From assembly GCA_038213805.1 (NCBI GenBank), contig JBBQSO010000003.1, positions 1 to 64,000 of the forward strand: a DNA stretch of 64,000 bases, written 5' to 3'. The position numbers and the translations under genes were made by a program. This document shows positions 19,097 through 28,839 of the stretch, piece by piece (position 1 is the first letter of the stretch; each line of letters starts with the position of its first letter). This DNA is from Planctomycetota bacterium (GTDB lineage: Bacteria; Planctomycetota; UBA11346). A model generated the notes under the pieces. The model was not told the origin of the DNA, did no database searches, and saw only the letters and a list, made by a program, of their open reading frames with translations.

Positions 19097-21279
19097 CCTC
19101 GTGGCGCCCGCAGCATCACCATGCCGAGCGGCGGCAGCGTGACGCGCAGTGTCGCCGGGAAGATCCCGCGCTGCTCGTCGCGGGTGCCGATCTGCGGCGC
19201 GTTGACCACGCCGCTGCCGCCGAACTCCGCCGCATCGCTGTCGATGAGCGTGGTCCAGGTGCCGCGCGTATTCACGCCCATGGGGTAGTCGGAGCGCGGG
19301 ATCGGCGTGAAATTGCAGGCGATGAGCACGTCGGGCGCGCCGGGGGCCTTGCGCAGGAAGCCGAGCACGGATTCCTGGCGGTTCTCGCAGTCGACCCACT
19401 GGAAACCATCGCGGTAGTCGTCGCGCACATGCAGCGCCGGTTCGGTGGCGTAGAGGCCCAGGACCGCGGCCAGAAAGCGGCCGAGCCCGGCTCGTAGCGG
19501 TTCCTCGGCCTCGTGCCAATCAACGCGGCGCTCCCAGCCCCACTCCCGGCCCTGGCCGAACTCGGCGCCCTGGAAGAGCAGCGGCCGGCCCGGCACCGCC
19601 ACCTGGTAGCCGTAGAGCAGGCGCAGCTGCGCTACGCGCCGCCAATAATCGCCACTCATCTTGTCGAGCAGCGACTTCTTGCCGTGCACCACCTCGTCAT
19701 GGGACAGCGGCAGCACCCACTTGTCGTCGTAGGCGTACCACTGGTGGAAGGTGATGCGGTCATGCACGCCTGGACGCATCAGCGGATCCTGCGCCAGGTA
19801 GCTGAGCGTGTCGTGCATCCAGCCCATGTTCCACTTGAGGTCGAAGCCCAGGCCCTGCATGTCGGTGGGCGCGGTCACGCCCTGCCACGCGGTACTCTCC
19901 TCGGCGATCATCAGCACGCCGGCGCACTCGCGGTGCACGGTGCTGGTCAGCTCCTGCAGGAAGCTCACCGCTTCGAGGTTGCTGATGCCTCCCTCCTCGT
20001 TGCGCGTCCACTCGCCCTCCTCGCGGTCGTAGTTGCGGTAGAGCATCGACGAAACCGCGTCGACGCGCAGGGCGTCGATGTGGAAGCGGCGCAGCCAGTG
20101 CAGGGCTGCGGCGATGAGGAAGTTGCGCACCTCCGGACGACGGAAATTGAAGACGTGAGTACCCCAGGTCTTGTGCTCGCCCTCGCGCGGGTCCTCGTAC
20201 TCGAAGCAGGCAGCGCCATCGAAGCGCGCCAGCGCGAAGTCGTCCTTGGGGAAGTGGCCAGGTACGAAGTCGACGATCACGCCGATGCCGGCCTGGTGGC
20301 AGCGGTCGACGAAGACCTGGAAGTCCTCGGGCCCGCCGTGGCGGCTGTTGGGCGCGTACTGGCCGGTGACCTGGTAGCCCCACGAACCCTCATAGGGGTG
20401 CTGCGCCACCGGCAGCAGTTCTAGGTGGGTGAAGTGGAATCGCCGGCAGTGCGCGATCAGGCGGTCGGCGAGCTCGGCGTAGCCCGGCCAGGTGTCGCCC
20501 GGCTCCGGCCCGCGCATCCAACTGCCGAGGTGGACCTCGTAGACCGCCATGGGATTGGCGAGGTGGTCGCGCCCACGCCGGCGCGCCAGCCACGCCGCAT
20601 CCGACCAGCGGTAGCCATCCGGCGCCACCACCATGCTCGCCGTCGCCGGCGGCCGCTCGCTGCTCGCGGCGAAGGGGTCGGACTTGGTGCGCTGCTCGCC
20701 GCTACGCGCGCGCAGCGCGAACTTGTAGAGCATGCCCGGCCGCACGCCGGGGATGAACAGCTCCCACACTCCCGACGGGTCGCGGCGTCGCATCGGGTGG
20801 AAGCGCGCGTCGAAGCCGTTCCAGTCGCCGATCACCGCGACGCGAAGGGCGTTGGGCGCCCACACCGCGAAGCGCACGCCGGCGCAGCCGTCGACGGTGG
20901 CGCAGTGGGCGCCGAGCACGTCTCCGAGGTGCAGGTGGTGCCCGGCTTGGAACAATCCGAGGTCGTAGTCGGAGATCTGCGGCCAGAAGGAATAGGGATC
21001 GCGGCTACGGCTGACCATGCCAGCGGCGTCTTCGATCTCGAGCTCGTAGGCGCCCAGCGCGCCACCCGCCGCAACGCGGCCCTCGAACAATCCAAGCCCA
21101 TCACGCTGCGCCAGGGCGATGGGCCTACCCGCGGCCGGCACCACCGCCACCCGTCGCGCCCCGCGCACCAGCGCGCGCACCCACACTCCATCCGCCTCGG
21201 GATGCGCACCGAGCACCGCGAAGGGGTCCCCCAGGCGGCCCTCGACCAAGGCGCTGACGATCTCGGGGGCAAGGGGCAT
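19090..21279 (-). CDS. glgB: 1,4-alpha-glucan branching enzyme
   Basis: RFAVWAPNA, YEVHLGSW, SWGYQVTG, LRVDAVSSM, IAEEST, KWNMGWM, LSHDEVVHGK. Confidence 0.96.
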   Translation of the reverse strand: MPLAPEIVSALVEGRLGDPFAVLGAHPEADGVWVRALVRGARRVAVVPAAGRPIALAQRDGLGLFEGRVAAGGALGAYELEIEDAAGMVSRSRDPYSFWPQISDYDLGLFQAGHHLHLGDVLGAHCATVDGCAGVRFAVWAPNALRVAVIGDWNGFDARFHPMRRRDPSGVWELFIPGVRPGMLYKFALRARSGEQRTKSDPFAASSERPPATASMVVAPDGYRWSDAAWLARRRGRDHLANPMAVYEVHLGSWMRGPEPGDTWPGYAELADRLIAHCRRFHFTHLELLPVAQHPYEGSWGYQVTGQYAPNSRHGGPEDFQVFVDRCHQAGIGVIVDFVPGHFPKDDFALARFDGAACFEYEDPREGEHKTWGTHVFNFRRPEVRNFLIAAALHWLRRFHIDALRVDAVSSMLYRNYDREEGEWTRNEEGGISNLEAVSFLQELTSTVHRECAGVLMIAEESTAWQGVTAPTDMQGLGFDLKWNMGWMHDTLSYLAQDPLMRPGVHDRITFHQWYAYDDKWVLPLSHDEVVHGKKSLLDKMSGDYWRRVAQLRLLYGYQVAVPGRPLLFQGAEFGQGREWGWERRVDWHEAEEPLRAGLGRFLAAVLGLYATEPALHVRDDYRDGFQWVDCENRQESVLGFLRKAPGAPDVLIACNFTPIPRSDYPMGVNTRGTWTTLIDSDAAEFGGSGVVNAPQIGTRDEQRGIFPATLRVTLPPLGMVMLRAPRGG

Positions 21280-21299
21280 CGGCGCTCCGGCGGACTTCC

Positions 21300-21329
21300 A
21301 ACCTACCGCAGGCGGCGGGCAGGCGTCAA
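21300..21329 (-). promoter_or_regulatory. Candidate sigma70 promoter of glgB
   Basis: Minus strand TTGACG-N18-TAGGTT, 20 nt before the ATG. Confidence 0.5.
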
Positions 21330-21362
21330 GGCATGGCGGGCGCGCCTTTGGCGCGCAGAACG

Positions 21363-21527
21363 TAGACCGTAGATCCTAGACCCTAGACCCTAGGCGCGAG
21401 CGTGGGATGTGGTGCCGCGGGACGCTGGAACGCGGAAACCGCGCTCAGATGGCGTGCGTTGCCGTGGAGACATGAGGAGCAGACCTAGGGTCTAGGGTCT
21501 AGGGTCTAGGGTCTAGGGTCTAGGGTC
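21363..21527. repeat. Inverted pair of heptamer arrays (CTAGACC)x~5 ... (CTAGGGT)x6
   Basis: Left arm 21363-21394, right arm 21485-21526. Confidence 0.9.
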
Positions 21528-21578
21528 TTCCCAAAAAGCGCGGATCCACCCAATCCAAGGATCGACCCGGTAAGGACC

Positions 21579-22631
21579 TCAATGCTCGGTACCGATCTCC
21601 AGAATCTGCTTAATCTGATCCAGATCATCGAGCAGCGCCGCGCAGCCGCGCGCCACGCAGGTCAGGGGATCCTGGGCGAGGCGTACCGGCAGGCCGGTCT
21701 CGCGCGACAGCAGTTCAGGCATGCCGCGCAGCAGCGAGGTGCCGCCGGCCATGCAGATGCCGCGCTCCATGAGGTCCGCGGCAAGCTCAGGCTGGGTGCG
21801 CTCGAGCACCATCTTCACCGAGTTGACGATCGCCATGAGCTGCGGCTTGATCGCTTCGTGCACCTCGTGGGCGGTGACCTCGATCGCGCGCGGCATGCCG
21901 GTGCGCATGTCGCGGCCGCGGATCGACATGCGCGTCTCCTCGGCCGGAGACAGCGCGCAGCCGATGGTATGCTTGACGTTCTCGGCGGTGTTCTCGCCGA
22001 TCACCACGTTGTACTCGGTCTTGAGGTATTTGACGATCGCCTGCGAGAGCTCGTCGCCGGCGACGCGCACCGATTCGCTGGCGACGATGCCGGCGAGCGA
22101 GATCACCGCGACCTCGGTGGTGCCGCCGCCGATGTCGACGATCATGCTGCCGACCGGGTCGGCGAACGGCAGTCCGGCACCGATCGCGGCGGCCATCGGC
22201 TCGGGGATGAGGAAGACCTGGCGCGCGCCCGCGTTCATCGCGCTGTTGGTCACAGCGCGCTTCTCGACCTCGTTGATCCCAGAGGGCACCGCGATGACCA
22301 CCCGGGGGCGGAAGGGGCCGCGCCGGCCGTGGGTGCGGCGGATGAAGTAGCGCAGCATCGCCTCGGTGATCTCGAAGTCGGCGATGACGCCGTCCTTCAT
22401 CGGGCGCACCACCTCGATGTTGCCCGGGTTCTTGCCGAGCATGATCTTGGCCTGCTCGCCGACCGCATTACCATTCATGAGCACCTGCTTGGTGCCCTTC
22501 TTGACCGCCACCACGCTCGGTTCCGAGATCACTACGCCCTTGCCCTGCACGGCGACCAGGGTGTTGGCGGTGCCCAGGTCGATGCCAAGATCGACGCTGA
22601 ACATGCCCATGAAACTGTCGATCCAACTCAT
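21579..22631 (-). CDS. mreB: Rod shape-determining protein MreB
   Basis: GIDLGTANT, EPSVVA, RPMKDGVIADF, EPMAAAIG, DIGGGTTEVA, AGG..LL.G. Confidence 0.96.
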   Translation of the reverse strand: MSWIDSFMGMFSVDLGIDLGTANTLVAVQGKGVVISEPSVVAVKKGTKQVLMNGNAVGEQAKIMLGKNPGNIEVVRPMKDGVIADFEITEAMLRYFIRRTHGRRGPFRPRVVIAVPSGINEVEKRAVTNSAMNAGARQVFLIPEPMAAAIGAGLPFADPVGSMIVDIGGGTTEVAVISLAGIVASESVRVAGDELSQAIVKYLKTEYNVVIGENTAENVKHTIGCALSPAEETRMSIRGRDMRTGMPRAIEVTAHEVHEAIKPQLMAIVNSVKMVLERTQPELAADLMERGICMAGGTSLLRGMPELLSRETGLPVRLAQDPLTCVARGCAALLDDLDQIKQILEIGTEH

Positions 22632-22802
22632 AATGGTGGGCAGAGGTTAGAAAGGCGGCTGGGCTCCGCAACGGGGGCGTGCCTCAAGCGGCTGTAGAAG
22701 CTTGGCGTGCACCCCGCACCGGGCGCCGCGCGGACAGGGTATCCACCCCTGTTCCCATCCCGATCCGCGCACGGAGGCACGGAATCCAACGGAGTCGCCA
22801 GC

Positions 22803-23543
22803 ATGGCCACCGTCAGCCTCCAGCTGATCCGCGTCGAACGCAACCACAGCTTCCTGCGCCTGCGCCTCAGCCGCCCGGAGCGGTACAACGCCCTCGATTC
22901 GCAGACCTTGCGCAGCCTCGGCGCCCTGCTCGATGAGCATCACCGCTCCCCCCTGCCGCTGATCATCGAGGGCGACGCCAACATCTTCTCGGTCGGCGCC
23001 GACATCTCCGAGCTCGCCCACCTTGATGGCCCCCGCGCAGCGGCCTACAGCCGTCTCGGCCACGACGTCGCCAGCTCGCTCGAGGCCTGGCCCGGCGTGA
23101 CCATCGCCCACCTGACCGGCTATGCCCTCGGCGCCGGCCTGGAGCTGGCTCTGGGCTGCGACGTCCTGGTCGGCAGCCCCAGCCTGCGCCTGGGACTGCC
23201 TGGCCTGGCCTGGGCCCTGGTGCCATGCATGGGCGGCCTGCGCCGCCTCGCCTGCCGGGTCTCGGAATCCTTCAGCTCGGAGCTGTTCCTCAACGGCGAT
23301 GTGCTCGATGCCGACAAGGCCCTGGCCCACGGCCTGATCGACCGCATCGCCAGCACCAACGAGGAGGTCTCAGAACTCGCCGCCTCGCTGAGCGAGTTCA
23401 GCCCCTCGGCCGTGCAGGCGATCCGCTCCGTGCGTCTCGCGCGCCAAGGCGCCATCGACAGCGCCATCGGCGCGAGGATGTTCGCGCAGCCTTTCCAGAG
23501 CGGAGAGTGCCAGCGGCGGTTGAAGGAATTGCTGGCGTCGTGA
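22803..23543 (+). CDS. Enoyl-CoA hydratase/isomerase (crotonase) family protein
   Basis: RPERYNAL, FSVGADI, GYALGAGLELALGCD, A..A...GL.D. ATG at 22803 after GGAG. Confidence 0.85.
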   Translation: MATVSLQLIRVERNHSFLRLRLSRPERYNALDSQTLRSLGALLDEHHRSPLPLIIEGDANIFSVGADISELAHLDGPRAAAYSRLGHDVASSLEAWPGVTIAHLTGYALGAGLELALGCDVLVGSPSLRLGLPGLAWALVPCMGGLRRLACRVSESFSSELFLNGDVLDADKALAHGLIDRIASTNEEVSELAASLSEFSPSAVQAIRSVRLARQGAIDSAIGARMFAQPFQSGECQRRLKELLAS

Positions 23544-23551
23544 GGGCGTGA

Positions 23552-23684
23552 TGGCCAATGGCCGGCTGATGGCTGATGGCTGAACCCGGTGCTTCGCACC
23601 GGGTTCAGCTGTATTTCAACCAATCCCAGCACTCGAATTCACCTGCCGACCACGTCCACCGAGCTATCAGCTAACAGCCCATCA
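23552..23684. repeat. Short inverted heptamer pair (GGCTGAT ... ATCAGCT) enclosing a hairpin
   Basis: ggccaatggccggctgatggctgatggctga ... gctatcagctaacagcccatca. Confidence 0.65.
23579..23609 (+). terminator. 14-bp hairpin after the crotonase gene
   Basis: GCTGAACCCGGTGC-ttc-GCACCGGGTTCAGC. Confidence 0.6.
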
Positions 23685-23720
23685 ACGAAAAAACCCCGGC
23701 CAAGCCGGGGTTTTTTCGTT
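23684..23720. terminator. Bidirectional intrinsic terminator (rplT / crotonase gene)
   Basis: AACGAAAAAACCCCGGC-caa-GCCGGGGTTTTTTCGTT. Confidence 0.9.
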
Positions 23721-23740
23721 TATCGAGTCGTACCTACACC

Positions 23741-24103
23741 TCAGGCCGCAACGCCGATCGCAGCCTTGGCCTTGGCGCAGATGTCCGCGAAGGCGGCCGG
23801 CTGGTGGATGGCCAGCTCGCTGAGCATGCGGCGGTCCAGGCGGATGTCGGCCTTCTGCAGACCGGCGATCAGGCGGCTGTAGTTGATGCCGAGCGGACGG
23901 CAGGCGATGTTGATGCGCGCGATCCACAGGCGGCGGAAATCGCGCTTCTTCAGCTTGCGGCCGATGAACGCCTGCTGCTCGGCGCGCATGACCGCCTCGC
24001 AGATGACGTGGTACATCTTGTGGCGGCCGCTGTAAAAGCCGCGGGCCATCTTCTTGACGCGCTTGACGCTGCGATGGCGGGCAGCTCCGTTGGTGGTGCG
24101 CAT
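23741..24103 (-). CDS. rplT: 50S ribosomal protein L20
   Basis: RKLKKRDFRRLWIARIN, INYSRLI.GL.KA.I.LDRRMLSELA. Confidence 0.96.
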   Translation of the reverse strand: MRTTNGAARHRSVKRVKKMARGFYSGRHKMYHVICEAVMRAEQQAFIGRKLKKRDFRRLWIARINIACRPLGINYSRLIAGLQKADIRLDRRMLSELAIHQPAAFADICAKAKAAIGVAA

Positions 24104-24227
24104 GATTCTGCTTCCTATTCAAGCCCGGGTCCGCGTACGGAAGCCGGAGAGGCCAGGGGCCTACTTGGGGTGATTGCGGGACGATGGGAGTGGGCTGGCC
24201 GCGGACGGCCTGGACGGCCGCTTCAGT

Positions 24228-24434
24228 TCAGGGCTGGCCCTTGACCAGGGCGAAGCGCGCGCGGCGAACGTAGCCGGCGGTGGTCGTCGTGGTCTTCTTG
24301 CGCAAGTTGCGCAGCCGCTTCGGACTGCGGTGCGTCAGCAGGTGGCGCACGCCGCACTGGGTGCGCATGATCTTGCCCGTGGGGGTGATGCGGATGCGCG
24401 TCTTGGACGCCTTGTGGGTCTTCATCTTGGGCAT
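24228..24434 (-). CDS. rpmI: 50S ribosomal protein L35
   Basis: MPKMKTHK...RI.IT.TGK...HLL...S.KR.R.LR; upstream of rplT. Confidence 0.93.
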   Translation of the reverse strand: MPKMKTHKASKTRIRITPTGKIMRTQCGVRHLLTHRSPKRLRNLRKKTTTTTAGYVRRARFALVKGQP

Positions 24435-24542
24435 GACTGATCCTGACGGAGGGAAATTTGGGGGAGGGAGGACCATACGGCCACCCCGATCAATGCAAGG
24501 CCTGGATCAGCAGTGGCTGACAGCAGCTGGGGGCATCCCCGG

Positions 24543-25331
24543 CTAACGACCGACGAGCAGGCGATCGGCCAGATGCTGACCCAGCTGGGGAGTGCCCATG
24601 ATCAGCTTACGGGTCTTCTCGACGTCGTAGGCGACCCGGCGCCACTCGACCGAGGCGCCATCGAAGATCACGTAGCAGGCACGCGGGTCCCCGTCACGCG
24701 GCTGGCCGACGCTGCCGACGTTGATGATGGTCTTGCGCGGGTCGATCGTCCAGCGCTGGTCGAGGGCCCTGAGGCTGTGCCAGGTGAAGTCGTCGCCGGC
24801 GACCACCCCTGGGCGGTGGGTGTGGCCGATGAAGCAGGTGTGCTGGACGAGGGCGAAGTTCTCCTCGAGCAGCTGGCGGGGGTCCTCGCCCAGGAAGGTG
24901 CGTCCCAGGGTGTGCTCCTCCAGGATGTACTCTTCGAGGTGGTTGCGCGGGCTGGCGTGGACGTAGAGCACGTCCTTCTCGGTGAACGAGGTGGGCAGGT
25001 CGCGCAGCCAGTTCCAGCGCTGCCGCTTGCCCAGCCACGAGAACATCCCGGCGCGGATCTTCGAGTTGGTCCACAGCGCGGCCGCGCGGGCCTCGGCGTT
25101 GAAGCCGATCGGCTCATGGATGGCGGCGTGGTCGTGGTTACCGGCGATGACCTTGCCCTCGTCGCAGACGTCAAGGACCCGGCGCATCGCCTCGACGGGC
25201 TCCGGACCGTAGCCCACCACGTCGCCCAGGCAGTAGATCGCGTCCACTTTCTGCGCATCGATGTCCGACAACACGCGCTCGAGGGCTGGCATGTTGCTGT
25301 GGATATCGCTGATGATCGCGATGCGACGCAT
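24543..25331 (-). CDS. Calcineurin-like metallophosphoesterase
   Basis: SDIHSN, LGDVVGYG, GNHD, HAS, GHTH, NVGSVGQPRDG. Confidence 0.9.
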   Translation of the reverse strand: MRRIAIISDIHSNMPALERVLSDIDAQKVDAIYCLGDVVGYGPEPVEAMRRVLDVCDEGKVIAGNHDHAAIHEPIGFNAEARAAALWTNSKIRAGMFSWLGKRQRWNWLRDLPTSFTEKDVLYVHASPRNHLEEYILEEHTLGRTFLGEDPRQLLEENFALVQHTCFIGHTHRPGVVAGDDFTWHSLRALDQRWTIDPRKTIINVGSVGQPRDGDPRACYVIFDGASVEWRRVAYDVEKTRKLIMGTPQLGQHLADRLLVGR

Positions 25332-25457
25332 GCTGCGCCGTGTATAGCAGCCCCGCCGACGCCGCACCACAGTAAACCGCTGGCCGACCGACGGGTACGG
25401 CAGACGGCCCGCCGCCCCCCATGCCTGGAACGACCCGGCGCCCCATGCCGCAGCCTC

Positions 25458-26351
25458 CTACAGGTAATCCATCAGGGTCGGCTTCATCACCTTCGCTCCC
25501 GCCTGCAGCCCCGCCTGGAGTGCGGTCTGGGCGAGCTGCATCTGCGAGATCACCGCCGGGAAGTCGACATCCTCGGTCTTGCTGAGCAGGTCGCCGAGGT
25601 TGGTCTTGGTGGTGGTGAGCTGGTTCTGGGCAAGCTGCAGGCGCTGCTCCTGCCCGCCCAGGGCGCCCTGGACGTTGTTGACCTGGCCATGGGCGGCATC
25701 GAGGTCGGTGATCAGGCCGGTGATCCTGCCCGGATCATTGCCGGTGAGCGCGTCGCGCAGCTGGATCACCGAAGCGAAGACATTCGTGGTGCCCATGAAC
25801 AGCGAGAAACCGTTCTGATTGACCGGCACACTGGTGCTGGGGCCGACCTGGACCGCGAAGCTGTCGAGGTTGCCGGCATAGGTGACCGCGCTGCCGTCGC
25901 TGCTCAGGGCGAAGGGCGGCGTGCCGGTGGCGGTGCCGGCGAAGATGTAGCGGCCGTCATGGACGGTGTTGCCGAGATCGACGAGCTGCCCCAGCAGGGA
26001 CGAGGCGCTCTGCGCCAGCGATTGGCGCCCGGCCGCATCCTGGCTGCCGTTGGCCCCCTGCACGGCCAGTGCCTTGATGCTGTCCATGACCTGCGACATC
26101 TGCCCCATGGCGCTGTCGCTGGCGTTCATGAAGGCGGTGCTCTTGTCGATGTTGTCGAGGTACTTGCCGGTCTCGAGGGTCTGGGCGCGGTAGCGCATCG
26201 CCTGGCGAGCGCCGACCGGGTCGTCGCTGACCACGTTGATGCGCTTGGTCGAGGACAGCTCCAGCTGGTAGGTGGCCAGGCGCGCCAGGGTGCGCTGGTT
26301 GTCGGCGAGGATGCTGGAGCTCAGCCCCTGCCCGGTGACGCGTTCGACCAT
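25458..26351 (-). CDS. flgL: Flagellar hook-associated protein 3
   Basis: LSSTKRI...SDDPVGA, GRYIFAG, flagellin-like C-terminus ED.D...LQA.L...PTLMDYL. Confidence 0.92.
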   Translation of the reverse strand: MVERVTGQGLSSSILADNQRTLARLATYQLELSSTKRINVVSDDPVGARQAMRYRAQTLETGKYLDNIDKSTAFMNASDSAMGQMSQVMDSIKALAVQGANGSQDAAGRQSLAQSASSLLGQLVDLGNTVHDGRYIFAGTATGTPPFALSSDGSAVTYAGNLDSFAVQVGPSTSVPVNQNGFSLFMGTTNVFASVIQLRDALTGNDPGRITGLITDLDAAHGQVNNVQGALGGQEQRLQLAQNQLTTTKTNLGDLLSKTEDVDFPAVISQMQLAQTALQAGLQAGAKVMKPTLMDYL

Positions 26352-26377
26352 GTCATGTCCTCCTGGGGTGCCGCAGG

Positions 26378-28828
26378 CTAGTGGATGATGCCGAGCAGGG
26401 TCTGGATGTTGTCGCGCGCCATCGAGATGACGCGCGCCGCGGCGGTGTAGGCCTGCTGCTGCTGGATGAGGTAGGTGACCTCCTCGTCGATGCTCACGCC
26501 ACTGCTCTGCTGGCGTTGGTTCTCGAGGCTTTGCTTGAGCACGTTCTGGGTATCCTGCAGACGCGTGTTCTGCTGCACCTGCACGCCAAGCCCGGCGACC
26601 GCACCGTTGTAGAAGTCGCCCACCGTCTGCCCGCCGCTGCCGAACACCGGCGCGCTGCTGACCGCCGCCATGCCGAGCAGGTTGGAGTTGTCGCCGGCCG
26701 CGCGCGTGGTGCCGACGGCGATGCGGTTGGAATTCTTGGCGACCGTGTCGGAGACCTGCAGGGTGCTGGCGGTGGCGCCGGAGAACAAGGTGTTGATGCC
26801 GAGCGCCGGCAGCAGGCGCGCCTGGTCGGGCTGGCCGTCGACGGTGAAGTTAAGCTGGTTGCCCGCGGCGCTGAGCGCGCCCGCGCCGAAGGTCGCGAAG
26901 ACGCCATCGGCGATTTGAACCGGCGTTCCTGCCGGCGTCTTGTCGTCGAGGAGCTTCTGCACGGACTCCTGCACCGGCGCCGAGGCCGAGCCGGAGAAGA
27001 AGGTGAATTCGACCAGCGGAGGATTGGTCGCGGAGCCGATCGTGCCCGGGGTGATGACGCGCATCGACCATTGGTGGCTGGGGTCGAAGGTCTGGGTCCC
27101 GGTGTAGCGGCCGCCGATGGTCATGCTGGCGTCGCCCTGCGTCCAGCCGGCGGTCTGGGTGAAAGTGCCGCCGTTGACGGCGCCCGCCTGGGTGAGGTCG
27201 ACCGCGAAGGACTCGCCGTCGTGGTACTGGGCGGCACCGCCGGGCAGGGTCACGGTCAGGCCGCCCACCGTCGCCACGGTGGGGCCGCTCGCGTTGATGG
27301 TGATCTGCGGGCCATAGGCGGTCACGCTGCCATCGAGCGCACTGCGGGTGGATGCCTGCAGGGTGTTGCCCGACACACTGAAGACCACCCGCCCGTAGAC
27401 CAATGACGCATCGCTGCCGGTGACAGTGGCATCCCCACCGGTCCAGGCGCTGGACGCCGGCCGGGTGTCGAGCGCGCCGCTGAAGTCGATGCTCTTGCCG
27501 GAGGCGGCGCTGAGCGTCAGGCGGTCGCCGCCGTCGGCCGAGACGATGCGCGCACTGACCCCACCGACCCCCCCCGCGCCAGGTGGGTAGACGGTGAAGC
27601 CGCCGAGGCTGCGCCCGGTGTTGATCGCGGTGACCAGGTCGCTCAGCGAACGCGACCCGCTGCCGGTGGTCGGATCGTAGCGCACGGTGAACTTCTGCGC
27701 CACGCCGGTGGCGTTGTCGAGCACGTTGATGGTCAGGTTGCGCGCCACGGGGTTGCCGTTGGCGTCGGTGAACGAGGGCAGGTAGGCGGCCGGGATGCCG
27801 AGCACGCTGCCCGAGACCTGGCCCTGCGCCGGGTTGTCGAGGTCGAGGCCACGGTTGGCGGTGACGATCGCAGTGTCGGCGGAATACCCCGCGATACGCG
27901 CGCCGCTGCTGGTGCCGGTTGAATTGCGCGCATTGAGCTCCAGCGCCAGGCTGCTGGCCACGGTGTCCATCTGGTCCTGCAGGGCGGGTAGGAGGTGGTC
28001 GTGGAGATCGATGGTGGCGCCGATGCTCCCACCTTGGGCGTTGATCGGGGTCTGATCGGGGGCGAGCAGCACGATACCGCCATCGTTGCGCCGGCCGAGG
28101 GAGATCCGCTGCGCCGTGTCCTGCCCAACCAGCAGCGAACCATTGCTGTCGATCAGCACCGAACCGTCACTCTGGCCGCGCACGTGCAGCTCAAGGTGGG
28201 TCGAGAGGTCGTTCACCGCTTGGTCCCGGCGGTCGAGCAGGTCGTTCGGGCTGTTGCCGAGCAGGGTCTGCGTGCGGATCTGCTGATTCAGATCGGCGAT
28301 CTCGGTGGTGAGCTGGTTGACCTGCGCGACATCGCCGTCCAGTGATGCGCGCAGGTCGTCGTGGAGCTGCGCGAGCTGGTCGCCGACGCTGTTGAGCGAC
28401 GAGGCGAAGCTCTGCATCTGCGCCACCGTGGTCGAGCGCAGCGCCGTGGAGTCGGGATTGTTCGAGAGGTCCTGGATGGCCGAGAACAGGTTGGTGATCT
28501 GCGCCGAGAAGCCGTTGTCCCCCGGTTCGTTGAACACCGCCTGCGCCGACTTCAGGGTGGTGCCGAGGGTGTTGAGGCGGCCATCGGTGCTCTGGGCCTG
28601 GCGCAGCCGCTCGACGAGCAGGCCGTCGACGGCGCGGGTGATGGCCTGCACGTCGACACCGCGCCCGACCTGACCCGGCGTGCCGGCATCGGGCGAGCTC
28701 GCGATCAGCTTCGCGGTCTGCCGGGTGTAGCCCGGGGTGGTCGCGTTGGCGATGTTATGGCTGGTTACCTGGAGGGCCTGCTGGTGCGCCTGGAGGGCGG
28801 ACAATCCGATCAGGAGCATGTCGGTCAT
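26378..28828 (-). CDS. flgK: Flagellar hook-associated protein 1 (long form)
   Basis: GLSAL.A.Q.AL.VTSHNIANA.TPGYTRQ, PNDLLDRRD, SGVSIDEE...QQAY.AAARV. Confidence 0.93.
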   Translation of the reverse strand: MTDMLLIGLSALQAHQQALQVTSHNIANATTPGYTRQTAKLIASSPDAGTPGQVGRGVDVQAITRAVDGLLVERLRQAQSTDGRLNTLGTTLKSAQAVFNEPGDNGFSAQITNLFSAIQDLSNNPDSTALRSTTVAQMQSFASSLNSVGDQLAQLHDDLRASLDGDVAQVNQLTTEIADLNQQIRTQTLLGNSPNDLLDRRDQAVNDLSTHLELHVRGQSDGSVLIDSNGSLLVGQDTAQRISLGRRNDGGIVLLAPDQTPINAQGGSIGATIDLHDHLLPALQDQMDTVASSLALELNARNSTGTSSGARIAGYSADTAIVTANRGLDLDNPAQGQVSGSVLGIPAAYLPSFTDANGNPVARNLTINVLDNATGVAQKFTVRYDPTTGSGSRSLSDLVTAINTGRSLGGFTVYPPGAGGVGGVSARIVSADGGDRLTLSAASGKSIDFSGALDTRPASSAWTGGDATVTGSDASLVYGRVVFSVSGNTLQASTRSALDGSVTAYGPQITINASGPTVATVGGLTVTLPGGAAQYHDGESFAVDLTQAGAVNGGTFTQTAGWTQGDASMTIGGRYTGTQTFDPSHQWSMRVITPGTIGSATNPPLVEFTFFSGSASAPVQESVQKLLDDKTPAGTPVQIADGVFATFGAGALSAAGNQLNFTVDGQPDQARLLPALGINTLFSGATASTLQVSDTVAKNSNRIAVGTTRAAGDNSNLLGMAAVSSAPVFGSGGQTVGDFYNGAVAGLGVQVQQNTRLQDTQNVLKQSLENQRQQSSGVSIDEEVTYLIQQQQAYTAAARVISMARDNIQTLLGIIH

Positions 28829-28839
28829 GGCTGACTAAC

